Shown: positions 49,921-63,367 of the stretch, in pieces
Layout: the number at the start of each line of letters is the position of its first letter
How positions within the stretch are numbered: position 1 is the first letter of the stretch
Origin: Lophium mytilinum
Lineage: Eukaryota
Assembly (NCBI GenBank): GCA_010093605.1
Contig: MU004200.1
Location: forward strand, 62,001-126,000
DNA length: 64,000 nucleotides
Direction of reading: 5' to 3'
Position numbers and translations under genes: made by a program
The notes under the pieces: model-generated
The model's database searches: none
Told to the model about the DNA's origin: nothing
Seen by the model: only the letters and a program-made list of their open reading frames with translations

Positions 49921-52900
49921 CGGAGTGGTGGGAAAGACGACAGCGCTCCTGTAAGGGGTTTAGAAAGGAGGGATGATGAAAACCGAGGCTCGTGTATGTT
50001 CCTTGGGTCAAAACGGTGTGGCCGGAGACACTTCAGTCGATGCAACTGATATTAGATTGCCTCTTGAATGACATGCAAAACGCTAGCTGAGCTACTTCAC
50101 ACAGTTATATCGAGCGAGCATAATTATGTGCTGAGCTGTGAGAAGCTCACATGGTTGAGTCCGGATTTCTAATATAGTATCCGTTTTACATTAGCGAATC
50201 AAGAGCATATAATGCCTGGACATTTACGTTACCTGTTGAAAGCCGGAAGCCCTGAGCTCCACTAGCTTTCTGGGGCATACAAATGGATGTGGAATCTGCT
50301 CTGTTGGTTTTCCATAGATGAGCCCTTCGCTGTCGGCTTTAAGTCCTCTTCTTATGTCTGTGTACACCCGGTTTCCACTGCTGGAGGCACTCCCACGACT
50401 TGTGAAACGATGGGCGCGAGTTCGGATTCCGAACAGGGTATATCAGACTGCTCCTTGGCTCACTGACTTCTAACTTGTAGGGCCACTCCTTCCAGTGGTG
50501 GCAAGAGAGCAAGATTGGAGCTGAGCAGTGATGAATCCGTGTGCGTAAACTTGAGGCCTAATACTGTAGGTGAATGGTGGTTCGGTGCAGTGCGGATGGA
50601 GACCCTCGATTACCTCAACTCCAGGACCTTAAGCTCTCATCTATGTGTCCATATTATCACCTATCCAGTTCAAATCTGTGCCTATCTCCGAGATATTCAC
50701 CATACATCCCCATCCCCTTAGCCTTCAATTATATTCATTCTCAACTTCTGGCCATCTTCCTAATAATCACTTCGGTTCTCCCACGAAGCCTGGGTACCTG
50801 TAGCTAGCATGTGTACAATTGGATACGGGCTGACTGGGCTGCTCCTTGCAGCGATGTTGCGCAAGCAATAGGAGAACTCAGGTAGTATGATATTGGTGTG
50901 CTTGGGTTTGTGACCTCGTACTGTAATAGATCTGCTCGCATTGCTTTTTGGATTGATTTTAGTCAAGACTTATGGTCGCCGAGAGGGCGCGAATCGAAGG
51001 TGCCGACAATCGGGTATGGCAGTTTGACAGGAGGGGAAAGGACGCGTCTTTCTAGTTGTTCTACGCCCGGCAGCGTCTGTCAACTGTATAGAAATGAGCG
51101 TTCTGTTACAGGATGAGTGGATTTGCTAGCGGCGCTACTGTCAGACACCGATTGTAAACAAGCTTAAGGTAGGCAAAGAGGGTAGGCTTACAGTGATTCA
51201 TGCAAATACAAAGAGGGCAAGCCCTTGAAATGTAGCTGGTGGAAGCCCCATTCCGGAGGACTGTGTAAGGTGATAGATCTGTGAAGCACCTAAAGTCGAC
51301 GGATGTGGCCTGGCGGCTGGCACACAGTGGGCGCATCTTGCTGTCCAACCTTCAAATAGATGAAAGAATGAATTGGCTTGTCAAATGAAGTAGTGTAGCC
51401 CATTGAGTCCCCCTAATATCCCTTGCCGTGTCGTCTGTGTGTGCCTTTGCGCGGCGAGCGTGCAGTGTTGCCCGCTGCTCGACCGACCGAAAAGCGTTAG
51501 CGTCTCCCTCTGCTTGGGGAACTGATAATGAACGCCCAGCACACACGCAGCCATGCTACAACCTCTTTTACAACCCAGAACCACTCTCAATCTCTGCCCT
51601 GAGCTGTTCCAGTTGCTGTGATCTTTCTCCTGATCCCTGCCGGCCTGTGGACGTCTCTTCACCCCACGGGACAGCTGGCCTCGATCCTACTCAATGGCAG
51701 CGAAGTTCTGCCAGTTGCCCGGGCATTTCCACGCGCTTCTCTGTACGTCGGGGGATGGCTGCCAAGGCCGCCGCACAGAGCGGCCGTCAAATTTTGAAAA
51801 TGTTGTGAGTCCAGCTCTCCCACAACAACACCCCTCCATCCCTCTTCCCACACACCTTTCCCTCACTTCACCCTTTCACAGTGTCCCCCTCAAGCACGCT
51901 TCGTGTTTCCTAGTTCACGGCGAGACCTCCTGTCTGCTGCGAGCGAAGATGAGCAGCCGCTTCTCCAGATGGCTCCCCGCCAGCCTCAAACGCGAAGCGG
52001 CTCTCCGCCAGCTGCAACCCTCCTCGTCCACCTTCAGGTAAGCACTCAGCACTCTGCCACAGGCATCGTAGCTTGTCTGGGACTCCTTGCTAACATTATC
52101 GCGCACGTCAATGGCCTTCGGCTCCTTCGAGGGTGTCGTGATCTCGCCGCCCTCGCCCGTCATCAGGTAGGCAGCTTCACACTCACATTCCGTTCAGCTC
52201 GGCTTGTGTGAGGCTCCTGGCTAATGTTCCCACGTAGGTCAATTGGCGTCAGCTCCCTCGTTGATGTCGCGTCCTGGTCTTCATTTTTGAACGCGTCAAC
52301 ATCATTGTTGTTCAGTTGACATCATGTCAACCAGTGACACTGCCGCATCACTGAAAGTGGCCAATGCTGGAAGAGCCTTCCACAGCAGCAATGTCGAAGA
52401 AGTCCACGTAAGTCCCCATCGTCTTCCACCTCTTCTCTTCCGGTATGATGAAAGAAAACTCATCGTCATGCTGAAGCCACTGGCTCATGCAGAAAGAGAC
52501 TCTCTGACCTTCCTTCTCGTTTAGATTTATCTGACGCTTGGGCACGACAGCTTCTGACCTCTTCTATAGGGAGTTCCTGGACTGCGGCACCGGACGACAT
52601 CGAGCTCGACGCCGACTTCTATTCCGTGTAAGTCTTCATTGGCTCAAGTATCCTCCTTGAAGCACATAACAATTCGAAGGACCTCGGGAAGTGTTTGAAG
52701 AACACCCTCTTGCAGAAGAAGGCAGCACTCCAGCTGGCGTCCAAATGGGCGAGCACCTGCCGCCTGCCTTGAGCATCATCTTGATCCACAATTCATCCGA
52801 CTCTTTCACAATCGAAAACATGTGAGTCCTTTCCATTTCGCTTTCCTCGCATCATCGAATGCGCTTTTAAAATGACGAGACTTGGGTGTGCCGCTACACT

Positions 52901-53417
52901 TTAATCTAAGAGCACACCCCATCGAAAGGACAACCTGTGGGGAGGGTAATTCCTCCACTTGTGGTTGTTCATGAGAACAAACTTGAGAAGAAAGTCTGAA
53001 AAAACACCATCTGAGTTTGCTTCGCACGAACACTTCATTCGGTACCAACCTTGGGAACTCGAGCTAACTTGTCGCATCCAGTCTTCTAGGCCAAGTCGTC
53101 TTTCTCCCGGTCTAGACGTCGAATCGCTGACCTATCCTTGGTAAGTCTGAACCTTTCCTTGCGGAACTTGTCCCACGGTATGATGAGACACCATGATACT
53201 TGAAAAACTCTGTCTTCTCAAAGCGCGGCGTCTTAAATCCTGGCACCCGCATTTGATGAGGGCTGTAGACAAGACTGATTAGAACTCTGATCCACTCAAT
53301 CTCATCCTTCACCTTCCGGCTTCGTTCTTCGAGAACACCGCTAACTCGTCAGGCGACATAGGTGCAAGTTCGCTCCCTTTTCATGCTAGGCTTGGCCTCC
53401 TCTTCTTTGCTAAAGAC

Positions 53418-54038
53418 GTACGTTCACCGCTTTCTCTTTCTTTCCTGGGGACGATGATGATACATAAAATTACACTTATTGAGTGATCTCCGGCAACCCG
53501 TTCACCGTGGGCCTGCCCCTGGACCAGGAACTAGTGTTCGGATCGAAGCGACCATGCAAACAACAAATGAGCTCTTTCTGAGGCCCTCTCTACTGAATCG
53601 AATGACTCGCAAGCGATCAATTTGGAGATTGGGCTAATATTTTAAGCAGTTTGGTTCGGTTCGAAACGACAACATTCCAGATCCTGGGCCTGCCTGCGGT
53701 GCATATTTACTACTGAGTACCGATTGTTGCAAATGTTTCGGTCTCCGTTTCCTGTAAGTTCATTCCATTCTCCTCTTTCCCGGGAACGATGATGATACAC
53801 CTTTTTAAAACACTTGATATTGAATCCTTTTCGGCATATCGTTCACCGTGGTTCTGCCTCTGGCGGGGTTGTGTTCTCGAACACTATCTCGACAGGGCGC
53901 CAGAACCTAGTGTTCGGATGTCGGATCATGCAAACAACGTCGCTCTGAGGCTCCCTCTACAAGAACAACTGAATCGCAAGCGATCCATTTAGAGGTTGGG
54001 CTAATATCTTAAGCAGGCTCATTCCGTTCGAAACGACA
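53418..54038 (+). repeat. Diverged direct duplication of an intron plus exon start
   Basis: 53441-53671 and 53776-54038 share ACGATGATGATACA, CGTTCACCGTGG, CTAGTGTTCGGAT, CATGCAAACAAC, TCGCAAGCGATC, GGGCTAATAT.TTAAGCAG and GTTCGAAACGACA. Confidence 0.85.
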
Positions 54039-55724
54039 GAACTCCAGACCTTGAGCCGAAGTGATGTGCTGATTCCTACGACCGAACTTCGATCTTATAG
54101 CTTCGAGCTTCGCAAACAGGCAGCCTGCGCCTCTATTCGACCGTCGCTTTTCCAGATCTGCAGCTGATCTGGCATGCGGAGTCTTTGGTCCAGCATCATT
54201 CCTCGAGCTCGCCGAACGGCCGATGGTGATGCAATTCTTGTGTAAGTCAGCCTTTTTTCTTTCGCTTCTTCCCAGGTGACATGGTTACAAATATTTACTC
54301 GAAGGGGCTGTGGTGCCGTTTTTTTATGGGCTTATTATCTTCTCATCGGCGCCCATCTAAAAACAGCTGCAGTGTCGCTGTCAGAGAGTTGGGAAATGCT
54401 CCAACTCTGCTCCATACTCATACTACTCTGATTCGCCGCCTTTATTCTTGCTTCATTCCAAGACACATTTTCAGATCCGAAGCTAACGTGTCGCGTCATC
54501 TTTAGGCAGGCGGTTCCAGATTGATTGGCACGGCCATGGGCCTCTCGATTGTGCTTTTACTCAAGCCAAGCGAGAGTTGAGAGCCGCCAATACTGGAAGC
54601 ATACCCGGGTGCAGGCTGAACATTGCGTCTTCCATACGCTCTGGCGCTACTGTATCCCGGGAAGATCAATGTTCGTTTTGGGTTATTCTTCGGGAGAAAC
54701 CTGGCGACTCCGCAGTTTACGCTACTTCTTTGTGCTAGAGTACAATGGCCTGGGGGGTCTAACACATGCTGACATTTTCTTCAGAGATTCGTCACATGAT
54801 GTGAGCATCTTGCGTCAAGGAAGGTCTCAATCGGACAGGTAAGCACCCCTCTTCCTCTTCCCCTACTCCTCCTCCTCTTTTTTATGTCCGACAATCAGCC
54901 TCTACGACATTTCACCGAGGCACCCCGGCAGCAGTCCGTTTGCACTTGCCGCATCTTCCATATGCTTTAAGTCAGTAAGCAGCGGGGAGATCGATGTTCG
55001 TTATAGGTTATCCTCCGGGACAAACCTAACGGCTCAGCCGATCGACCTTTCAGATACTCATTGCCCTTTCGCTCGAGTTCAATGGCTTGGGGGTTCTACT
55101 TTCGTCTGACATTTTCTTCAGAGATTGATCGCCCAAAACTCAATCTTTCGCGCCAAGAGGGATTTTGTGGCCGACTTGAGTTGCCAGTTTCGCAGAGTCC
55201 GTGTCCAATTGCTAGTGGTGGTCATGGGGATCTAGGATGGAATGCTGTCATGCTCCGGCAAATCTAGGGTTTGGTCCGTTCCTTATCGTGTTCAGCGCTG
55301 ACTGTTGCACTTGTAGGAGTACCAGTGCTAGGCCTTTCCGAAGACAGCACCGCTATCGAAAAGAGGCCTTTGCCAGCCGCTTTCTTCACCAATCAACACT
55401 CCTCATCCTGGTGATTCACCGAGCCTACCCTCCTCCTTCACGAACGGCCATCGAACCCTCGCTATAATGGTAGCATCATAAGAACTCGGTCGAGAGGGAA
55501 TATTGGATAACTTGGAGGACGATTGCGGATACAAGCTGAGGAGTCTCTTCTTCATTAGCCTGTTGATGATTGACCAACTCTGTAGGGCAAGAAATGACGG
55601 CTCGCCTCGTCGTAGGTCATCCTTGGACGCACCGCGAGCTAAGTTTCGAGAAGCGTGGAGGTCGGAAACAAGGTAAGTCGAACACTGATCTTCGAGCTCT
55701 TTCAGCATTCTTCTCGGGCTGCGA

Positions 55725-56320
55725 GACATGCTTCGTCCGGGGTCGGATCTGCAGGACAGTCTGATCAAATGGATACGAAGAGCCCTCAGCTTTGACTGAA
55801 GGTTCGAGTCCAGGTTGATCATTCCATGACAGTTCTGTTGAGATCGGGCAGTGATTCGTCGCTCCCCCAGTACCCCAAGAGTAACAATATCGCCTAAAAA
55901 AGGATGGCATCCAAGACTCTTGAGGTCGAATCTATCTTCTCAGCGAGACATGCTATTCCAATCCATGTTTGATCTGTCGTCGCGTTTCCACTGATCACTG
56001 CTAACGTATGACAGATAGCATGGAGATAAAAAATTGGACAAATTGAACGCCAACATGGGTTTACAGACTTCCACTCTCAAAAGAGCTTTCGAAACCGCTT
56101 TCGGTTCTTCTCCGGGGCTAGATCCGCAAACAGTCTGATCAACTGGATACGAAGAGCCCTCAGCTTTGACTGAAGGTTCGAGCTCAGTTGAATCGATCCA
56201 TAGATAGATCTGCTGAGATCGGGTAGTGATTTATCGCTTGCCCTTATCCCCAAGAGTAAATTCAGCTTGTGGTTGAGATCGGGTGGCGATTTATCGCTTG
56301 CCCTTATCCCCAAGAGTGAA
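55725..56320 (+). repeat. Direct duplication of about 160 bp, plus a nested 60-bp-period tandem copy
   Basis: TGGATACGAAGAGCCCTCAGCTTTGACTGAAGGTTCGAG is exact in both copies (about 55770 and 56143). GAGATCGGG...CCCCAAGAGT occurs three times. Confidence 0.88.
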
Positions 56321-59300
56321 ATCGACTTTTTTGGGGGTGGCTACAGAGGAATGTAGGGTAATCCGTTTTCATGGTCGTACATACTGAGCAAATAGCTATG
56401 CAGTTCGTAGATAATCCGACCTTAACGATAGTCTTGTCGGAAGACCTTTTTCATGCTATTGCACCGGTGACAAAAGACGCGTCTCCCGTAATTACCGCAG
56501 AGCTGATTACGTTTGCATTCCTGAGGCAGTGTGTAGCATGAGACTGAGTCGACATTACTGGATCTGAGCGGATTTTGAGATTTCTTCGTTGCTGAGAATG
56601 TGCTGGCCTTTGTTTACGACCTCGAAGAATCTAAGAAGAAGTTCTGCGTGCGTCCTGACAGACAACGCTAGAGCTAGTTATCCAGTGGGTTCAAGATAGA
56701 GGGCCCCATGGTTCCGCGAAAATGGAACAGACATGAGGCGCAGGACAAAGACGGAGTTGCTTCCAGCGGCTGAGAGTCACAGAGGACACTCGAGCACCTC
56801 AATACTGACAACGTAATGCCCAAAGAAGGGGTTGAATACATCGAAAGCCCCCATTTCCCGATGTTCGAAGAAGCGGTGAGGGAGATGGAAGTCTTCAGCC
56901 GTGAAATCGATCAAGAGTATTTATCGGACGACCGAATGATCCAAGATCCAGGCGTGCTCCAATCTCATTTAGTCTTGCTTCTGCAGCCTTGCCGGTTTGC
57001 AGCACCATAAGAACTACAAGAACTTTCTGCGTTCGTTAAGGGCCGTCCTCATTCGAATCTTGATGAAGGGTCTTGCGGAGGATTCCAATCCTGGAAGGAG
57101 CATTGTCTTTAAGCCTGAATTGATTTGAAAAGCGATATCAGTCACAGTTTGCTCTTCTTCCATTTCCACGATGAAACAAAAAAAGAATACCGATGGCTTT
57201 CCCTTTCGTCTCCAACTGAGGCACGAGAACAAGGGCGTATGGAGCAGCATAGAGGTCTAGAAAAGGCGTCAAACCGCAGCAAAGGTCGTTTGCAAGCATT
57301 TCGATGCCTCAAAGCGCCGATAGTTGCGATTCTGGTTCTGTAATTGATGTAGTGGTAGTGATGTTGATGGGTGCTTCAAAGCTGGGATGAAAGGACGTTG
57401 GGATGCTCCCACTGGCGAGATTTCCAGCCATCCCGTCTTGGTTCAGCCCCACTTTCGCTAATGATTTGACCCAGCAGAACTGGTCTATTCTATATTGACT
57501 TCACGCCATCGTCGTGGTTTCTACTATGCACTTTGTAGACGTGAAAGTCATCGAAATATCTTTCTGTGATGGCTGACTATCTTTGATGGATTCCTGAAGC
57601 ATCATCTGCGCGGGGTCTTCATTGCAGTGGCCCAAAACGAATTGTACATGCCTTTAGGGCGGTCCTCCTTCGCATCGGAGGAATGACCTTCAAAACTAGA
57701 GAAGAAGGGCTCAGGGGCCAGGCTACGAGCATGTAGCGCCTCCAACGCAAGCCGCGCACTGTCTGGCAGTTTGCTTCCCTCCTTATCCTCGCCGTGTAGA
57801 GAATGCCTTCACTTCAGCAAAGAACTCACTGTCCGGATAAGTACATGGGGTTTCTGCGTGGCATTAAGGCCCTCCGAATATACCCTTTCGTTGCTCTTTG
57901 TGACATATCTGGTAGATCAGCCCACAAGCTATGAGCGTACACCCCGCGATTCTTTTTCGAGCCTTTAGGGCCACTAGAATGCTCTGCTAGCAGCCTATAC
58001 ACCTATATAGACCCTTTGTGGGACTTGAGAGCCTAGATACCAGGGGCTTTTGCGCTGTTGAGGAGGGGGAGCGATCTCGCGAGATATCTCGTTTTGGTGG
58101 TCTTCACCCTTTGCCAACTCTTCTTCCACTACACCACCATCACGAGCGCATCTTTCTGGTTGCTTTGTATGCTCTTAACGCTCTGATAGTGCTCATACAC
58201 CGTGTTCAGGAATTGCGATGCCGCAGCAAGGGCCTGAGAATCTTTGGTGAGATGACGTCTCTTCCGCTTCGCTCCTCCGCCTTCGTCCCCACCACGGCCA
58301 GCATCTCATGGACGGGACGCTTTCGCTCTTGGATACCGACATGGCCTCAAGCACGAGAGAAATCTGCTTCTTTGATATCGAGCGCACGCCACTCCTGCCA
58401 TGATCTTGGTCGCCACTGCCAGAATCCGTCGACAGTGAGCGCACCTCCGCGGCATCGACTTCCACAGCGCGAATAACCTTTCGCCTCCACTCGTGTCGAG
58501 AACCAGATCGAGCGCAATCATTAGACAACGACAGCATACACGGGTCGGCAATGTGATCCTCGTTGCTAGTCGCGCCCGTTCGCGATGTCGACCATGTTCA
58601 GACCGCATAAGGCTTCCAAAGACATGCCTACACGGATGCGCGGTAATACAATGGGTAGCTTCATCATGCGTAGCTGCCAGCGAGGGACGTACGTTATCGT
58701 AAGTTACTCGTTGACGACGCTCTGAGAGGATTCTTTAATCGCTGACACCACAGCGCCGCCATCATCGATAGCCTCATCCGTCCCCTCCGTCCCCTCCGTC
58801 CCGCTCATCTGCGACTTGGTAAAATTTACACCGTTTGCTCCAGCCATAACCGCCACAATCCCCCGCTGGACTTCACAAGGTTTCGCTCGAACCTTTCCGT
58901 TTCGGATACCATATTCGGACCCTCACGGCGACACGGTTCTGAAAGGGAGAGCCACTGTCACCGATCCTGCGCGGGAAATGGAACTGATTACACCGAGTTT
59001 TAGAAGATGGGAACCGTCTGGTACAGATTGGTGCGCCTTCATATATTGGAGGAGCCGACAACTCGGCTCTATGGGAAGACCTCCGCGATGCGCTATTTAC
59101 TCTGTCCGGCCACATGGGCCCGAGACATCGCGACAACAGGACTATCGGAAGAGCGGCAGTGTTATCAAGCCCATCTCAGGCTGATATTCTCTCCCGTCGT
59201 GGACCATCTACCCCCTCCGTAGCCATCACATCCCGGACATACGGAGAAAGACTGAATACCCTGGTGAAGTTGACAATCTGAACGTGGCTCGAAGCTATAC

Positions 59301-62300
59301 GGACGCTTTCTTGTAGATCTGTAAGTGTGGAAACCTGGGGAGTCCGAGCAACCGAACCGCGAAGGCGGCATATGCACCTCATTCCGTGTGTCTGCTCCTC
59401 CCAAGAATTGCAACGGCCTTGCTCGTTATAAATGCACACAGACGACATCGGTCTGGGGGACCGGTGGGTGATTTCGTAGCTTGAACGCACACTGACTCCG
59501 TTCCAGAGTACTTAGGGTTGGCTCGGAGTATCAAGCCGGCACAGCTTGGACCTCAAACACGCGCCCATCAAGATATTGATGCTGTAGAAGTTTTGTATCC
59601 TCGACCGGTGCGTCATTTGCGGAAACACCACAGCCTTCAAACTGCCGAGATGACCGTTCCAACGAGGGCTAGCGGCGCGTACCGCAACCTGGATCTACTC
59701 TGAGCCCCCGGTACTGCGCATCTCGCGCCATCTTGAGAGGCCAGACTAGAGGTCCGACCTCCGAGAGGCACCTCTACGCAGTACACGTGTAGCAATGTAG
59801 CACCCGGGCTTCTCTTTGCGTCCCAGCGTCTCAATTTTCTTCATGTATGTTTCTACGTCTCGTTTTTGTGGCGGAAGTCTCCGCGTACATTGCTCTTTTT
59901 GAGATTTACTCATACTCCGATAGATTAGCCCTTGATAGACCGAACATTCGTTGGGCTGAATAGCAACAATACCCCGGACTAGGCTGAGCAAAGTTCGGGG
60001 CGTAGTGCCAAGGAAACCCCCGGATGGTAGCACAGAAGGCTTAAGGAGTAGCATCAACAGGAAGAGGAAGCGATAGCTGATTTGAAGAACTGAAGAACCG
60101 ACTTAGATTGACTCGCTCACGTCCGGAGAGAAGCATGACAGCAAAGAGATCGAGGCAAGCAAGGGCCATGATTCGAGATCAAAGGCTAGACAAGGAGAAT
60201 TGAAGGGCAAGAAGTAAAGGACACAACTAAAGAGCAAGAAATAGACAGCATGGACTGGAAAGAGAGATACTGTGTCAGCGATAGCTAATTCGAAAGTAAG
60301 AAATGGGTTCCGCAACCTCATCGACCTACAGCCGTAGAATGGAACGGACGAAACACGTATGACTTGAGAAAGAGCTAAGCTTGAAGTTCAAGGACTGGAA
60401 AACGAAAATTGAGGCCACTTATTGGAATGGAGTTCCTTAAAGCTTATGGTTTAAAATACAAAGAAAGAATTCGAGAGCAAGGACTGAAGAGCAAGGACTG
60501 GGGAGCAAGGAATCGTTTGAAAGGGAAGGAAACAACGATTGAAATAAAAGGCCGGAAAAGAATGTCTAAAGTTCCAGGGCAAGGACAAGAAGAAAGGACC
60601 AAATGAGATCGAAAGCATCAACCCAGAAGACGAGGAATACGCTTCGATCAAGCAATCTGAAAACCGGGGCTATCAATGAGTCTCGCTGAGAAGGATTCAT
60701 GTCTCAAGAAAGATTTACCTACCTTGGCCTTGGTATCATGGCGAACTGAGAATGTGTCTGCCTACCATGATCGACCTAGGACTTACCCTCCGAATGATTC
60801 CCACCGATCCAATATGGCTACATCTTCGTAACATGAGCAGATTCTCATCTAGACCTCCTCCGTTCAATGATGGGCAGAACGATCAATGGTATGATGTTTG
60901 CGAGAAGCTGCACGCCCGAGATATCTGGTATGGCGGAAGCTCTCCCCCATCATATCCTGTGGAAACCAAGACTCTCCGGTGTACTCCTAGTATGCCGGTC
61001 ATGCTATTTCACGACCCTCTTCAGACAACACCGATGCCCATAGGACGAAACTCGGCTGCTAGCTCGCAGATAACGCTTGGCCGAAGCGTAAACTGTATGG
61101 GAAGCGATCCATCCATGTCCCCGAGAAACACTTTGCCGAGGCTCCAGAGTCAAGGCTATCGCCATAGGTGCCTCGCAGCTAGAAGAGTCGGGCATCGTGT
61201 TGGGAATAGCTTCATGAAGGATATTCACATTCGATGCCAAGGAGTTTCGGAGGTATGTCCTTGGACAAAGATGCCTCTGTTCCTTATCCAAAACCATCAC
61301 CTGGTCTTCGCCTATTTCCAATACCAACGTTATCCGGAGTTGCGTCGTTGTCGAGTCGCCGCGAGCCGGCCAATCTCCTCGAGACCTGGAGGTGCAGCAG
61401 AGATTGAACATCGTCCGACTGGTCCAGGGTGTCGTTAAAGCGTTCTCATAACACTCCGGTATTGCCATTTAGCAGAGAATCGAGAGGATGACGATATGGC
61501 TGTCCGGTGCGTTAGGAGTGGATGCAAAAGTACTCCGCCAGTCGCCATGTGCCTACAGCAGTAGTATCCCATCCCACAGCCAACTCAGCCCACCTCCCAA
61601 AACTCCGAACGCGGTTTCATGTTCTCCTTTTGATCGTAGATGGAGAGATATACGTAGGCCTAAGAGACTTCCGGCGAGTGTGTTGGCGTGTTGATGCTGA
61701 GTCCTAACCGTATGCTCCGCTCATCCCTGTGCCGACAGGCAGTGGAGAAGCCGCTTGTAGGACCCTCATCAGTCTGGCGGTTTGATGTGTCTCCGTGCAT
61801 CTTGCTCCTCAGTTTGTGTGCAATTTCCGGGGTGGTGGTGTAATTGGAGGAGCGGAGGAGAAAGCCTTACCGCCTGACATGGGGTCGTTGCTTTGGCAGA
61901 AGCTGGCCATCTCCCCCCCTGGGGATAGTTTGTAGGCCTCCGAGTTCTCGGTCAAGGTTGCTGTATCATCTCACTCGCAGTCTCACCTCCTTGAGTGCGT
62001 ATAGTGAAAGGAGTCGTTGGTGGAAGTTGATGGTGTTCGGGGTCAGGGAGGGATAGCTCGCCGAAGGGTTTCCAAACAAACGCGAAGGGAGTCAACACGA
62101 AATGGGACCTTAGTCTGTAGCCCCGACGCAGCTTGGATGCCGGCAGTTCAATGCCTGGGCAGGTCACATCACTTAACGGGAGCCTACGGCATTTGGTGCC
62201 CTGACCCAGCCATGCAAGCCAGAGTCAGAGCCATTTCGAGGGAGGAACTGCAAGATGTCGCCCTATGTACCGCAAGGCAAGCTCACCCCAAGCTATGGCA

Positions 62301-63277
62301 TGCCATCTTGCTTCTAAGGCCACCCCAAGTCTCGACTATCATTGGCCTGCTATCGAGGAGACTCGCTCTCCTTTTCGCCATCTCTACTCAACCGCCCTGT
62401 GGAGGGCTTCCAAACCCCCAAACTTCCAAGGCCAAAGGATCTGGGAAGTAGCCAACCCCAACGCTCTACATCTTGTATACCAATGTAGAAGTACAATTAC
62501 AAACCAATGTATTCCTTGGTTTTATTGAGACTGCAATGCATTCACCGGCTTCATTGTGAAGTATGAATACATCAATAAACAGAGACCGGATGGGAAGGGC
62601 GGGTTTGATGCCATGAGAGCGATCTCGAAGTTATATGCGGGTAGTGTTGAGCTAGCATCGGACGTTGCAACGCAGAGTCCTATCCTAGAGACTCAGAGCC
62701 CTTCCATCGTCAAACCTGGCTCCATTGCGCTCCACCGAGCGACCTCCGGATGTCTATAGCCATCATGGGGAGGTCGTTCCTGCCTAAGCATTGCCGAGAG
62801 CTTTCCCACCGTGATTCTGCTTCACGTAGCCGGCTTGGAATACGCAAAATACAGCTATAGACTCAAAAGAAGACTTCAAAAGTCGCCCAAAAGCACTAGT
62901 GGAATCAGGCCCTCCATGAGGATTGAAACGCTGCTCTGGGAACTTCGGAATGGGCTGCCTGTCCCGCAAGAGTTTCGCCCACTCCTCGAATTCTTACAAA
63001 AGCCAGACAGCGCCCTAACAGCCCTACAATCCAATGCCATCAAGCCCGCCCGCTCCTCCTACTCCCCCAACTGCGCCGGTGCGCCATGGTGGCATCCACT
63101 ACCTTCACCCTAGCCCCACCATCCCCAGCCGCCACGAAAAGTTTTAGCTCAACATCTTCACTTCACCCAGAGCCAAAGACCTAGCCTACATAAGGATTTA
63201 TTTTCCAGTCCTCTCTCACCCTTAGGGATCTAGCACCTAGGCGGGCTATGTTGTAGACCAGTGTACGTGTTATTGTA

Positions 63278-63367
63278 CAGTCAGTGGACAAAAGTCTGCT
63301 CCGAGCACCCGACGATTTTTGGTGGGCAACGCACGGTTCATCGGATCAGACTTTTGTCCTAGTACTG
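63278..63367. mobile_element. 90-bp MITE of Tc1/mariner type
   Basis: TA|CAGT...ACTG|TA termini; 27-bp TIRs identical at 22 of 27 positions (core GGACAAAAGTCTG.TCCGA). Confidence 0.7.

Larger units (their letters stand above)
51949..57343 (+). pseudogene. Decayed multi-exon gene(s) or spliced non-coding locus with duplicated intron-exon units
   Basis: Many plus-strand GTAAG donors and CTAAT/CTGAC..YAG acceptors. I could assemble no continuous ORF. Three sets of internal direct duplications. Confidence 0.4.

Noticed and set aside
60752..61438. 228-aa ORF
   Set aside because: No recognisable domain; it looks like part of a frameshifted relic, so it was not called as a CDS.
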